A stretch of DNA of 64,000 nucleotides from Acidaminococcaceae bacterium (lineage in GTDB: Bacteria; Bacteroidota; Bacteroidia; Bacteroidales; Paludibacteraceae), in contig CAVEZM010000005.1 of the NCBI GenBank assembly GCA_963620225.1, forward strand, positions 20,893-84,892, written 5' to 3'. A program made the position numbers and the translations under genes. The notes under the pieces are model-generated. The model made no database searches, had not been told where the DNA came from, and saw only the letters and a list, made by a program, of their open reading frames with translations. Shown piece after piece: positions 37,825-47,199 of this stretch (position 1 is the first letter of the stretch; every line of letters starts with the position of its first letter).

Positions 37825-39846
37825 ATGAAACAATTACACTCACGTATTAAAGAACTCAAGACTTCCGACATCTTTGAACACACACTATCCTTAGGATACC
37901 TACCCCGTTGGGTGGTACTGTTCATCGATTTAGGAATATGCGTAGTATCCTTCTATCTGTCGTTGGCACTAGATAATAACCTGTTCAGCAACTACACTGC
38001 TCTACCAAGAAGCATACCCTTGTGGGCACAGGTAATGATACTGATGGGCATCCAGACATTCATGTTCTGGCTGTTCCATACCTACGCCGGTATCCTGCGC
38101 TACTCCACGTTCATAGACACTATCAAAGCCATGATGGCTGTCATCTCTACGGGAGTAGTGTATCTCATCATCAACTATATAGCACTGGCTATCTCTGGAC
38201 AAAAACCCTTCTACACCTCCTCAACCATTATCTATATGCTCATCGCCTTCGTAGGGATGTTCTGCCTGCGAGTAAGCACAAAGACGCTCTTTGAGTTCGC
38301 AAGCAACACCTCAAGACAGAAAGTGATGATCTATGGTATCCAATCTGCGGGTATCGCCATCGCCAAGATGCTACGCACGAACGTGAAAACAACCTACAGA
38401 CCCGTAGGGTTCATCTGCGATAAGGACGAAAACAACGACTATGACCTCATCGGTTTGCACATACACCGATTGGACGACAGACTCATTCCTTACATGAAAG
38501 CACACAATATAACGAATGTCATCGTCTCGCCACTGAAACTCAAAAATATCAACCCTGCACAAGACTTGAATATCTTCCTCGAGAACAACATACGTATCCT
38601 CACTACCCCGTTCTTCTCCGACTGGGACGCTACTACTACTACTACTACTACTACTACTGAAGAACTGGCTACACTCATCGGACGTATCGAGTCTATTCGT
38701 GTAGAAGACCTCTTGGAACGACCGACAATAACAATCAACTGCGACAATGTTCGGCATATCATTAACGGGAAAGTGGTAATGGTCAGCGGAGCAGCCGGCA
38801 GTATCGGCAGTGAATTGGTACGCAAGATAGCCCAATATGCACCACAAACCATCATCATGCTCGAACAAGCAGAGTCACCTCTCCACGATTTCGCACTCGA
38901 CATCAAACAAGACTTCCCGGATATCACTCTCATCCCAATCATCGGAGATGTACGCAATCGGGAACGCATCGGGAGTATATTCAATAACCTACGACCCGAT
39001 GTCGTGTTCCACGCCGCAGCATACAAACATGTGCCGCTCATGGAAGACAACCCGAACGAAGCCATACAAGCCAACGTCATGGGGACAAAGAATATGGCTG
39101 ACATGGCAGTGAAATACGGAGTGGAGCGGTTTGTGATGATCTCATCCGACAAAGCCGTCAACCCGACAAACATCATGGGAGCCAGCAAACGTATCGCAGA
39201 GATATACGTACAGTCGCTGTTCAATAAACTGCACACCACCAATCCTAACACCACCAAGTTCATCACCACACGCTTCGGTAATGTGCTCGGTTCCAACGGT
39301 TCCGTCATACCCTATTTCAAAAAGCAGATAGCAGCAGGAGGACCGGTGACAGTGACACACCCCGATATCATCCGCTACTTTATGACTATCCCGGAAGCAT
39401 GCGCACTCGTCATGGAGGCTGCCACACTGGGCAACGGAGGCGAGATATTCGTCTTCGATATGGGACACCCCGTCAAAATAGCAGACCTCGCCATGAAAAT
39501 GATACGACTGTCCGGATACGAACCTAACAAAGACATACAAATCGTCTATACCGGACTACGACACGGCGAGAAACTCTACGAGGAACTACTCAACCAGAAA
39601 GAGACAACCCTACCCACTACCAACGAGAAAATTATGGTGGCACGAGTACGGGAATACGATTTCGACGCTATCTCTAACGAGATAGACAAACTGATAGCCG
39701 TATCACACGAGGACAAAGTGTTCTCCACAGTACAACAGATGAAGCATATCGTGCCGGAGTTCATCAGCAAGAACTCCGTCTATGAGCAGTTAGACAAACC
39801 TTCACAAGACACCAATAAAACCCATCGGATAACCGATAAAGTATGA
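37825..39846 (+). CDS. membrane-bound polysaccharide biosynthesis protein (CapD/WbpM/PglF-type NDP-sugar 4,6-dehydratase/epimerase)
   Basis: An N-terminal region of 4-5 TM helices is followed by a Rossmann motif (VSGAAGSIGSEL), catalytic YxxxK-like GASKRIAE and the SDR-extended fold. Confidence 0.9.
   Translation: MKQLHSRIKELKTSDIFEHTLSLGYLPRWVVLFIDLGICVVSFYLSLALDNNLFSNYTALPRSIPLWAQVMILMGIQTFMFWLFHTYAGILRYSTFIDTIKAMMAVISTGVVYLIINYIALAISGQKPFYTSSTIIYMLIAFVGMFCLRVSTKTLFEFASNTSRQKVMIYGIQSAGIAIAKMLRTNVKTTYRPVGFICDKDENNDYDLIGLHIHRLDDRLIPYMKAHNITNVIVSPLKLKNINPAQDLNIFLENNIRILTTPFFSDWDATTTTTTTTTEELATLIGRIESIRVEDLLERPTITINCDNVRHIINGKVVMVSGAAGSIGSELVRKIAQYAPQTIIMLEQAESPLHDFALDIKQDFPDITLIPIIGDVRNRERIGSIFNNLRPDVVFHAAAYKHVPLMEDNPNEAIQANVMGTKNMADMAVKYGVERFVMISSDKAVNPTNIMGASKRIAEIYVQSLFNKLHTTNPNTTKFITTRFGNVLGSNGSVIPYFKKQIAAGGPVTVTHPDIIRYFMTIPEACALVMEAATLGNGGEIFVFDMGHPVKIADLAMKMIRLSGYEPNKDIQIVYTGLRHGEKLYEELLNQKETTLPTTNEKIMVARVREYDFDAISNEIDKLIAVSHEDKVFSTVQQMKHIVPEFISKNSVYEQLDKPSQDTNKTHRITDKV
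38632..38658 (+). repeat. perfect (ACT)9 trinucleotide repeat encoding Thr9
   Basis: Read directly, it is in frame within the CapD-like gene, at the junction between the membrane and catalytic parts. Confidence 0.95.
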
Positions 39847-41639
39847 TTAACGTCGAGCATCTCACCATAGAATTCTCGTCACACCCGGTGCTGGAAGACA
39901 TATCCTTCATGATAAACAAGAAGGACAAGATTGCTTTAGTGGGGAAAAACGGAGCAGGGAAAACCACACTACTGCGACTCATCGCGGGAGAAGAACAACC
40001 CTCTGCAGGACGCATCACACGTGACACAGACCTCACCATAGGCTATCTGCCACAAGTCATGATGCATATCGACGGGAAGACACTGCGTGAAGACGTGATG
40101 AGTGTCTTTACCAACGAACCCGAAGAAGAGAAAGCACACCGCATAGCAGAGATGGACCGTACCGTCATCGGCTTGGGCTTCGAACGCAGAGACTTCGACA
40201 GACCATGCTCCGAGTTCTCCGGCGGATGGCGCATGCGTATCGAACTCGCCAAGATACTTCTGCAGCACCCCGACCTGCTACTGCTTGACGAGCCTACCAA
40301 CCACCTCGATATAGAGTCCATACAGTGGCTCGAAGACTTCTTGCGCACCGCACAGAGTGCCATACTACTCGTGAGCCACGATAAGAAATTCATTGACAAT
40401 GTCACCAACCGGACGATAGAGATAATACTCGGACGAATATATGACTATAACGTCAATTACTCACACTTCCTCGAACTGCGAAAAGAAAGACACGAACAAC
40501 AGGTACGTGCCTACCTCAATCAGCAGAAGATGATTCAGGAAACAGAAGAATTTATCGAGCGTTTCCGCTACAAAGCCACCAAAGCCGTACAAGTGCAATC
40601 GCGCATCAAACAACTCAATAAACTCGAACGGCTTGAGGTGGACTTGGAAGACACATCAAGACTCAACCTGCGATTTCCACCCGCACCACGTAGCGGAGAC
40701 TTCCCTGTCATAGCCGAAGACCTACGCAAAGACTTTGGCGGACACAACGTCTTCCACGATGTCAACATAACCATACGTCGTGGCGAGAAAGTGGCTTTCG
40801 TCGGCAGAAATGGAGAAGGAAAGACAACGCTTGTGCGCTGTATCATGGGACAATTGGACTACATGGGTACGCTCAAATTAGGGCATAACATCAAAATTGG
40901 CTATTTCGCACAGAACCAGGCAGCACTGCTCGATGGCGAACAGACAGTCTTCGACACGATTGACCGTGTGGCGGTGGGCGACATCCGCACCAAGATACGC
41001 GATATATTGGGTGCCTTTATGTTTGGCGGCGAGGCATCGGAGAAGAAGGTCAAAGTGTTGTCCGGCGGTGAACGTAGCCGATTGGCAATGATACGCTTAC
41101 TGCTTGAGCCGTGCAACCTACTCATTCTCGATGAGCCTACCAACCACCTCGATATGCAGTCGAAGGATGTACTCAAAGCAGCCCTGCAGGACTTCAACGG
41201 AACACTCATCTGCGTCAGCCACGACCGTGATTTCCTCGATGGCTTGGTGAGCAAGGTCTATGAGTTCGGCGGCGGCAAAGTCAAAGAACACCTCGGCGGA
41301 ATCTATGACTTTCTCCGTGCTAAGAAAATCGACAGCCTGCAAGAGTTGGAAAAGAAAAGTCCATCTCTGCAATCCCACTATCTGAGAGAGGAATTGGGAG
41401 TCGGATCCGCATCCTATGCCGCCCAAAAAGCAGCCGCAGCAGCAAAAAGAAAGAAAGAAAAACAGATAGCAGACATCGAGAACGCCATTGCACAACTCGA
41501 ACAACAGCAGCAAGACATCGAACAACTGCTGCAAGACCCGCAGCAACAAACTGCCGATAACTTCCAACGATACGAACATATCAAACGAGAACTCGAACAA
41601 CGCATGTACGAATGGGAGATCCTCAGCGAAGAAGAATAG
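39843..41639 (+). CDS. ABC-F family ATPase (translation-associated, no TM domain)
   Basis: It has two NBDs (GKNGAGKTTLL and GRNGEGKTTLV), an inter-domain linker and a coiled-coil Q/E-rich tail. Its ATG overlaps the upstream stop (ATGA). Confidence 0.9.
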   Translation: MINVEHLTIEFSSHPVLEDISFMINKKDKIALVGKNGAGKTTLLRLIAGEEQPSAGRITRDTDLTIGYLPQVMMHIDGKTLREDVMSVFTNEPEEEKAHRIAEMDRTVIGLGFERRDFDRPCSEFSGGWRMRIELAKILLQHPDLLLLDEPTNHLDIESIQWLEDFLRTAQSAILLVSHDKKFIDNVTNRTIEIILGRIYDYNVNYSHFLELRKERHEQQVRAYLNQQKMIQETEEFIERFRYKATKAVQVQSRIKQLNKLERLEVDLEDTSRLNLRFPPAPRSGDFPVIAEDLRKDFGGHNVFHDVNITIRRGEKVAFVGRNGEGKTTLVRCIMGQLDYMGTLKLGHNIKIGYFAQNQAALLDGEQTVFDTIDRVAVGDIRTKIRDILGAFMFGGEASEKKVKVLSGGERSRLAMIRLLLEPCNLLILDEPTNHLDMQSKDVLKAALQDFNGTLICVSHDRDFLDGLVSKVYEFGGGKVKEHLGGIYDFLRAKKIDSLQELEKKSPSLQSHYLREELGVGSASYAAQKAAAAAKRKKEKQIADIENAIAQLEQQQQDIEQLLQDPQQQTADNFQRYEHIKRELEQRMYEWEILSEEE

Positions 41640-41691
41640 AATATCCTTTGATTATTAACCACCCGTAAAATCATCTCACACCATCAACCCT

Positions 41692-42885
41692 ATGAACGAA
41701 ATCATTGATTACATCCTGTCATTCCTACTCTACGGCAACACACAAGCCACCAAACGTATAGGATACACCGACGACGCCAACCTCTGGGCGCAGTTCGATG
41801 TGGTCATCCTTCCCAACCACCATCTCGGCAAAGATATAGTCCTGCCCGATATGTCGCACCCTGTTATAGAACAGCAGGACAAGACCTATGTCATCCATAC
41901 CGACCTCATCTACAACACGTTCTTCTTCATCTCACGCGCCGAAGAACTTATCAACACACAACGCGATGAACACGGACGGTTCCTCGCCTCATACTCTATC
42001 CTCGGACAGGGCAATCACCTTGAGATACCCATTATAGACGAGTATGCACATATCCTCATCAAACTGCTGAACATCCCTGTACCCACCCCACACTACGAAC
42101 ATATATACCTCACACATGACATCGATTCTATTGCCCGCTACCGGCACCTGAGAGGCATACTCGGAGGTATCAAACGAGGGAAAACACGACAAGTCATCAA
42201 CGCATTACACGACATAACACAAGACCCTGTTTACACCTTCCCGTGGATCGTTGAACAGGATAAACAGGTACCAAACGCCGAGATGGTCTATTTCGTCAAA
42301 TATACCAATGGACATGGATACGACTATCCGCAATACAACCTCTCCGGACAAGACTATAAACACCTACGACAATACCTGCTATCACATAAGGCATTACTCG
42401 GTATCCACTCAAGTTACTATGGCGTCACAAACAATGACACACATATATCCCGTGGCATCCGGGAGACATCCACCCTGCACCGCAGCCACTATCTCAACTG
42501 CTCTATCGACACGATGCAGCATCTCGCAGACTCGGGGATAACAGACGACTTCTCAATGGCTTTCCCGGACAGGGCAGGGTTCCGACTACAGACCACAAGA
42601 CCCGTCAGATGGATAAACCCAAAGACATACACTCTCACACCACTGACGCTACACCCGTTAACCATCATGGACGGCACACTCAGCAACACCAACTACATGA
42701 ACCTCCCCGAAGACGAAGCTTACTTCTTCTCCGAACAACTCCTTGACCGTGTCCGACAATATGCTGGAGAAGTGGTACTTCTATGGCACAATAGCGTCTT
42801 TGCCGACGTCCCATACCACTATTCACTATACACCAAACTACTAAAAGGACTACGCCACTACTCACACCACGAAGAGCAAGAATAA
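41692..42885 (+). CDS. polysaccharide-deacetylase-like protein (CE4-like core with an N-terminal extension)
   Basis: The motifs LTHDIDS, LGIHSSYY and LHRSHYL...GITDDFSMAFPDRAGFR resemble the divergent polysaccharide deacetylase family. The family is named from memory only. Confidence 0.5.
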   Translation: MNEIIDYILSFLLYGNTQATKRIGYTDDANLWAQFDVVILPNHHLGKDIVLPDMSHPVIEQQDKTYVIHTDLIYNTFFFISRAEELINTQRDEHGRFLASYSILGQGNHLEIPIIDEYAHILIKLLNIPVPTPHYEHIYLTHDIDSIARYRHLRGILGGIKRGKTRQVINALHDITQDPVYTFPWIVEQDKQVPNAEMVYFVKYTNGHGYDYPQYNLSGQDYKHLRQYLLSHKALLGIHSSYYGVTNNDTHISRGIRETSTLHRSHYLNCSIDTMQHLADSGITDDFSMAFPDRAGFRLQTTRPVRWINPKTYTLTPLTLHPLTIMDGTLSNTNYMNLPEDEAYFFSEQLLDRVRQYAGEVVLLWHNSVFADVPYHYSLYTKLLKGLRHYSHHEEQE

Positions 42886-43982
42886 TGAGCAGACGCAAAT
42901 TCAAAATACTTACCATTGTAGGTGCACGACCACAGTTCATCAAAGCCGCCATGTTCAGCAGAGCGGTGCAGCAGTGTGCTGACAAACTACAAGAGATGGA
43001 CATCTCGGAGATAATCCTGCACACCGGACAGCACTACGACTACCTCATGAGTGAGACTTTCTTCAACGAACTGGACATCCCTGCACCTGCCTACAACCTG
43101 GGATGCACGATGCCACCGCAACAGATGTCCGAGCATATCATCCCTGTCTTGGAACAAGAACGTCCCAACTACGTGGTGGTCTTTGGAGATACTAACTCAA
43201 CCCTCGCAGGAGCACTCGCTGCACACCATTGCAATATCCCCATTGCACACATAGAAGCAGGACTGCGCAGCCACAACCTCAGTATGCCCGAAGAGAACAA
43301 CCGTATTGCCACCGACCAACTGTCTTCACTGCTATTCTGCCCCACACACCAAGCCCTACAAAACCTACGAGAAGAGGGCATCACCAATGGTGTACACTAT
43401 GTCGGCGACATCATGCTGGATGCGGCAATAGTCTTTGGTGAGATAGCAGAACGCAAAGCAACAATACTCTCACAACTCCACCTCACCCCTAAACAATATA
43501 TCCTCTGCACCATTCACCGTGCCGAGAACACGAACAACCTTACTCATCTGCACAACATACTCACTGCGCTTGCGCAAATAAACGAGACTATCATCCTGCC
43601 TACCCACCCCCGCACAGCACATATACTTCAAGAACATCCGGAACTGCAAGACATCATAGCGCAAGCACCACATATCCATTGCATCGACCCTGTGGGATAT
43701 CTCGATATGATTATGCTTGAACGCAATGCAACGCATATACTCACCGACTCGGGCGGTGTACAGAAGGAGGCATACTTCCACAAGGTCCCCTGTATCACCC
43801 TCCGTGACGAAACGGAGTGGACGGAAACGGTGGCGGCAGGTTGGAATATCCTTGCCGGCACCGATACGCAACGCATCATCGACGCCTGTCATACGCCCTT
43901 CACGCCGGCTCCCATTGCCGAATACGGCGATGGGCATACTGCAGAAACCATCCTGAATATCCTATGCCTCGGCGAATCCTGA
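42885..43982 (+). CDS. wecB: UDP-N-acetylglucosamine 2-epimerase (non-hydrolysing)
   Basis: It has GARPQFIK, HTGQHYD, GDTNSTLAGALAA, HIEAGLRS and SGGVQKEA. Its ATG overlaps the upstream stop (TAATG). Confidence 0.93.
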   Translation: MSRRKFKILTIVGARPQFIKAAMFSRAVQQCADKLQEMDISEIILHTGQHYDYLMSETFFNELDIPAPAYNLGCTMPPQQMSEHIIPVLEQERPNYVVVFGDTNSTLAGALAAHHCNIPIAHIEAGLRSHNLSMPEENNRIATDQLSSLLFCPTHQALQNLREEGITNGVHYVGDIMLDAAIVFGEIAERKATILSQLHLTPKQYILCTIHRAENTNNLTHLHNILTALAQINETIILPTHPRTAHILQEHPELQDIIAQAPHIHCIDPVGYLDMIMLERNATHILTDSGGVQKEAYFHKVPCITLRDETEWTETVAAGWNILAGTDTQRIIDACHTPFTPAPIAEYGDGHTAETILNILCLGES

Positions 43983-45163
43983 TACTCTGCGACCCCATTG
44001 CGCCGCCGGCCTATACACCGCGTGTGCTTACGCTTGCCTCCTACTTGGTACAGCACGGATGGCATTGTGAGATAGCCACGGAGCAGTCCGGTGCGCAACC
44101 TTTCCGAACAGACATTTGCCCCTTGCATCAAATGCCCCCTTATACTCATGTGTTGCGCGATAAGGTCTTTCAAGGCAGGGAGCGTGCTTTCTATCGCTTT
44201 GTCCAACGGCAGACGGACCTTGCAGCGTTCGATATCATCTTCTGCTCTTCCTATTACTATTTCCCGTTGCTGACTGCGCAACGCATCGCCCATACCTACC
44301 GTATCCCCTTGGTAGTTGATTTGCGCGACATTGCCGAGCAGTGGGGCGATGCGCCCTATTTCACACGCCGTTTGGTGCCGTTTGCATGGCTCAACACCCT
44401 CTTGGGCAAGGTCTATGCTGCCGTTCAGATACGCCAACGCAACCGTGTCTTGCGTGCCGCCGATGCGGTCACCACCGTTTCGCCTTGGCATCGGCAGTTC
44501 CTGTCGCAGTTCCATGCGAACACCCGCCTTATCTACAACGGCTATGATGCCGATGAATTCGTACCAAACGACATCCCCGCAGACCGTTTTCGGATTACCT
44601 ACTTAGGCAAACTCTATTCCGTTTCGCTGCGCGACCCGCGCCTTTTGTTTGCGGCGTTGCAACAACTCATAGCGGAAAAGCGCATAGACCCCGATAAGGT
44701 ACAAGTGCTGTTCCACACCGACCCGCAGTCCTTTCCCGTGTTGCGTGATTTGGGGGCGCAATACGACCTATCCGCCCTGTTGGACCTGCAGGGGTATATC
44801 CCCCGTGCGGATATTCTGCCCGTTATGCATTTGTCGTCCATTCTGTTAGTACTTACCACGAAAGCCCGCGCAGAAGGCATACACGGTATCATCGGCACCA
44901 AGTTCTTCGAGAATATCGGTGTCGAAAAGCCGGTATTGTGTATCCGTTCCGACGAGGAATGTTTAGCAGACCTTATCCGTCAGACCCATGCGGGCTTGGC
45001 GGCGACCCGCGTGGAGGAGGTCAAGGCTTTTATCCTCTCCAAGTACCGCGAGTGGCAACAGAACGGCTATACCCGTCAACCCGTTGTCAACAAAGAGCGT
45101 TTCTCCCGCCAGCACCAAGCCGCACAGTTCGAACAGTTATTCCTATCGCTTACCAACCGCTAA
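43964..45163 (+). CDS. GT-B fold glycosyltransferase (GT4-like)
   Basis: I set the start at MPRRILILCDP (ATG at 43964), which overlaps the wecB end by 19 nt. The 49-codon extension in the ORF track runs inside wecB. The fold shows two Rossmann-like halves (ADAVTTVSPWH, GIIGTKFFENIGVEKPVL). Confidence 0.7.
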   Translation: MPRRILILCDPIAPPAYTPRVLTLASYLVQHGWHCEIATEQSGAQPFRTDICPLHQMPPYTHVLRDKVFQGRERAFYRFVQRQTDLAAFDIIFCSSYYYFPLLTAQRIAHTYRIPLVVDLRDIAEQWGDAPYFTRRLVPFAWLNTLLGKVYAAVQIRQRNRVLRAADAVTTVSPWHRQFLSQFHANTRLIYNGYDADEFVPNDIPADRFRITYLGKLYSVSLRDPRLLFAALQQLIAEKRIDPDKVQVLFHTDPQSFPVLRDLGAQYDLSALLDLQGYIPRADILPVMHLSSILLVLTTKARAEGIHGIIGTKFFENIGVEKPVLCIRSDEECLADLIRQTHAGLAATRVEEVKAFILSKYREWQQNGYTRQPVVNKERFSRQHQAAQFEQLFLSLTNR

Positions 45164-45165
45164 TC

Positions 45166-45897
45166 ATGCCCGTAGTCAGTGTCATAGTACCCGTTTACAA
45201 TGCCGAGCCTTACTTGGCACAATGCATTGAGTCGCTGCTCTGCCAGACGCACCGCAACTTGCAGATTATCCTCATAAACGACGGTTCCACCGACAACAGC
45301 CTCGCCATTGCAGAACACTATGCCCACACCGACTCTCGCATCTCTGTGTACACACAACCCAACGCAGGACAGTCTGCTGCACGCAACAGGGGTATGCAAT
45401 ATGCCACGGGCGAGTACCTTTCATTCATTGATGCCGACGACTATTTGGACGCGGACTACTACGAAACGCTCCTTTCTGCCTTCCGTCCCGACACGCTTGT
45501 CGTCCAAATCGGCTACCGCCGCGTGCAGGACGGCAGGATCTTGTTTTCCCGATGCCCGCGTTCGTTCCACCGGTACACCTCGCCTTGCCTGCGGCTTTAC
45601 CGCCGCAACTTTCTCATGCGCCATGCCTTGTCCTTTGAGGAGGGTATGATTTACGAGGATGTACTCTTCTCCATCGACTTGTGGGGCAAACGCCCGCCTT
45701 ACCGCATTCTGCACTACACGGGCTACAACTACCGTCTCAACCCCCACTCCACTACTGCCCGACGCAACCGCCGGGCTGAGCAAACCCTGTTCGCCGCCCT
45801 GCGCCAACGATATACCAACACACACGACTGGAGACTTAAACTGCTGACTATCTATACCATTATCCGACTTAAACTACACTTTATATACCATGACTAA
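45166..45897 (+). CDS. family 2 glycosyltransferase
   Basis: I set the start at MPVVSVIVPVYNAEPYL (ATG at 45166, 2 nt after the upstream stop). It has INDGSTDNS and a DAD motif (FIDADDY). Confidence 0.85.
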   Translation: MPVVSVIVPVYNAEPYLAQCIESLLCQTHRNLQIILINDGSTDNSLAIAEHYAHTDSRISVYTQPNAGQSAARNRGMQYATGEYLSFIDADDYLDADYYETLLSAFRPDTLVVQIGYRRVQDGRILFSRCPRSFHRYTSPCLRLYRRNFLMRHALSFEEGMIYEDVLFSIDLWGKRPPYRILHYTGYNYRLNPHSTTARRNRRAEQTLFAALRQRYTNTHDWRLKLLTIYTIIRLKLHFIYHD

Positions 45898-47191
45898 CCA
45901 ACAAATCCTGTCTTTACTTCATCAAGAAGTCATACCGGCCATCGGTTGTACCGAACCGATAGCAGTGGCACTCTGTGTCGCACGCGCTACTGAACAACTC
46001 GGCACAGAACCACAACACATCACCGTCTCACTCAGCAAGAACATCTACAAAAACGCTCTCGCTGTCGGTATCCCCAACACTAATATGATAGGACTGCCCA
46101 TCGCCATCGCTCTCGGTGCCACCATCGGCAAGTCCGACTATCAACTCGAAGTGCTCCGCGACACCACTCCACAAGCCGTAGAATACGCCAAGGCATATAT
46201 CGCCCACACACCCATAGACATCAACATCGACGACAACGCACCTGATATCCTGTATATCCACGGCGAGGTATCTGCTGACGGACACACCGCTACTGCCACT
46301 ATACAAGGCGACCACACCCGCTTCGTGGACGACACAGCAGACAACACTACGCAACAGAACACCGCAACCGATACAACCTCCCCCTCTTTGAAGGGGACGG
46401 GGGGAGTCCCTCTAACCCTCCGCACAGTTTATGACTACGCAACCGCCGTCCCTCTCGCTGATATCCGTTTCCTTCTCGACGGCGCACGGATGAACATCCG
46501 CGCCGCCGAAGCATCCTTCAACGGCAACTACGGACACGGACTGGGTAAATTACTCCATATCACTTCCGACATACAAAACACGGCGGTCGAAGCACTATTC
46601 GGCAACACCCTCTACACAAAAATTATCTCCTACACCTGCGGAGCATGTGACGCACGTATGGCAGGTGCCATGGTACCCATCATGAGCAACTCCGGCTCAG
46701 GCAACCAAGGTATATCCTGCTCCGTACCTGTCTATCTCTACGCCCGGGAGAACCACTGTTCCGAAGAACAGACACTTCGCGCACTCACTCTCAGCAACCT
46801 CACCGTCATCTATATCAAGCAGTCACTCGGACGATTGTCTGCCCTCTGCGGCTGTGTCGTAGCCGCCACAGGTTCTGCCGTGGGACTGACATACCTCATG
46901 GGAGGAGACTACAACGAGATAACATATGCCATCAAAAATATGATAGCCAACATATCAGGCATGATATGCGATGGAGCCAAACCGGGATGCGCACTCAAAG
47001 TGACCAGCGGCATCAGCACAGCCATCATGTCCGCTTTCCTCGCCATGCAACACTCGTACGCCGACAGCACCGAAGGCATCGTCGAAGAGGATATCGACCG
47101 CACCATACACAACCTCACACGGATAGGACACGACGGCATGACACAGACCGACGACCTCATCCTAAACATAATGACCCATAAGCAACAATAA
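45890..47191 (+). CDS. UPF0597/YhaM-type L-cysteine desulfidase family protein
   Basis: The N-terminal IPAIGCTEPIAVAL and the later SGSGNQG and ICDGAKPGCALK are typical of the serine-dehydratase-alpha-like/YhaM family. It overlaps the upstream GT2 by 8 nt. Confidence 0.75.
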   Translation: MTNQQILSLLHQEVIPAIGCTEPIAVALCVARATEQLGTEPQHITVSLSKNIYKNALAVGIPNTNMIGLPIAIALGATIGKSDYQLEVLRDTTPQAVEYAKAYIAHTPIDINIDDNAPDILYIHGEVSADGHTATATIQGDHTRFVDDTADNTTQQNTATDTTSPSLKGTGGVPLTLRTVYDYATAVPLADIRFLLDGARMNIRAAEASFNGNYGHGLGKLLHITSDIQNTAVEALFGNTLYTKIISYTCGACDARMAGAMVPIMSNSGSGNQGISCSVPVYLYARENHCSEEQTLRALTLSNLTVIYIKQSLGRLSALCGCVVAATGSAVGLTYLMGGDYNEITYAIKNMIANISGMICDGAKPGCALKVTSGISTAIMSAFLAMQHSYADSTEGIVEEDIDRTIHNLTRIGHDGMTQTDDLILNIMTHKQQ

Positions 47192-47199
47192 TACTCAGT

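Noticed and set aside
43817-45165. The ORF track gives long N-terminal extensions to the GT4-like ORF (from 43817) and the GT2 ORF (from 44938).
   Set aside because: The extensions lie inside the preceding genes in another frame and are Arg/Pro/His-rich, as expected in the G+C-elevated patch. The internal ATGs give the conserved GT N-termini.
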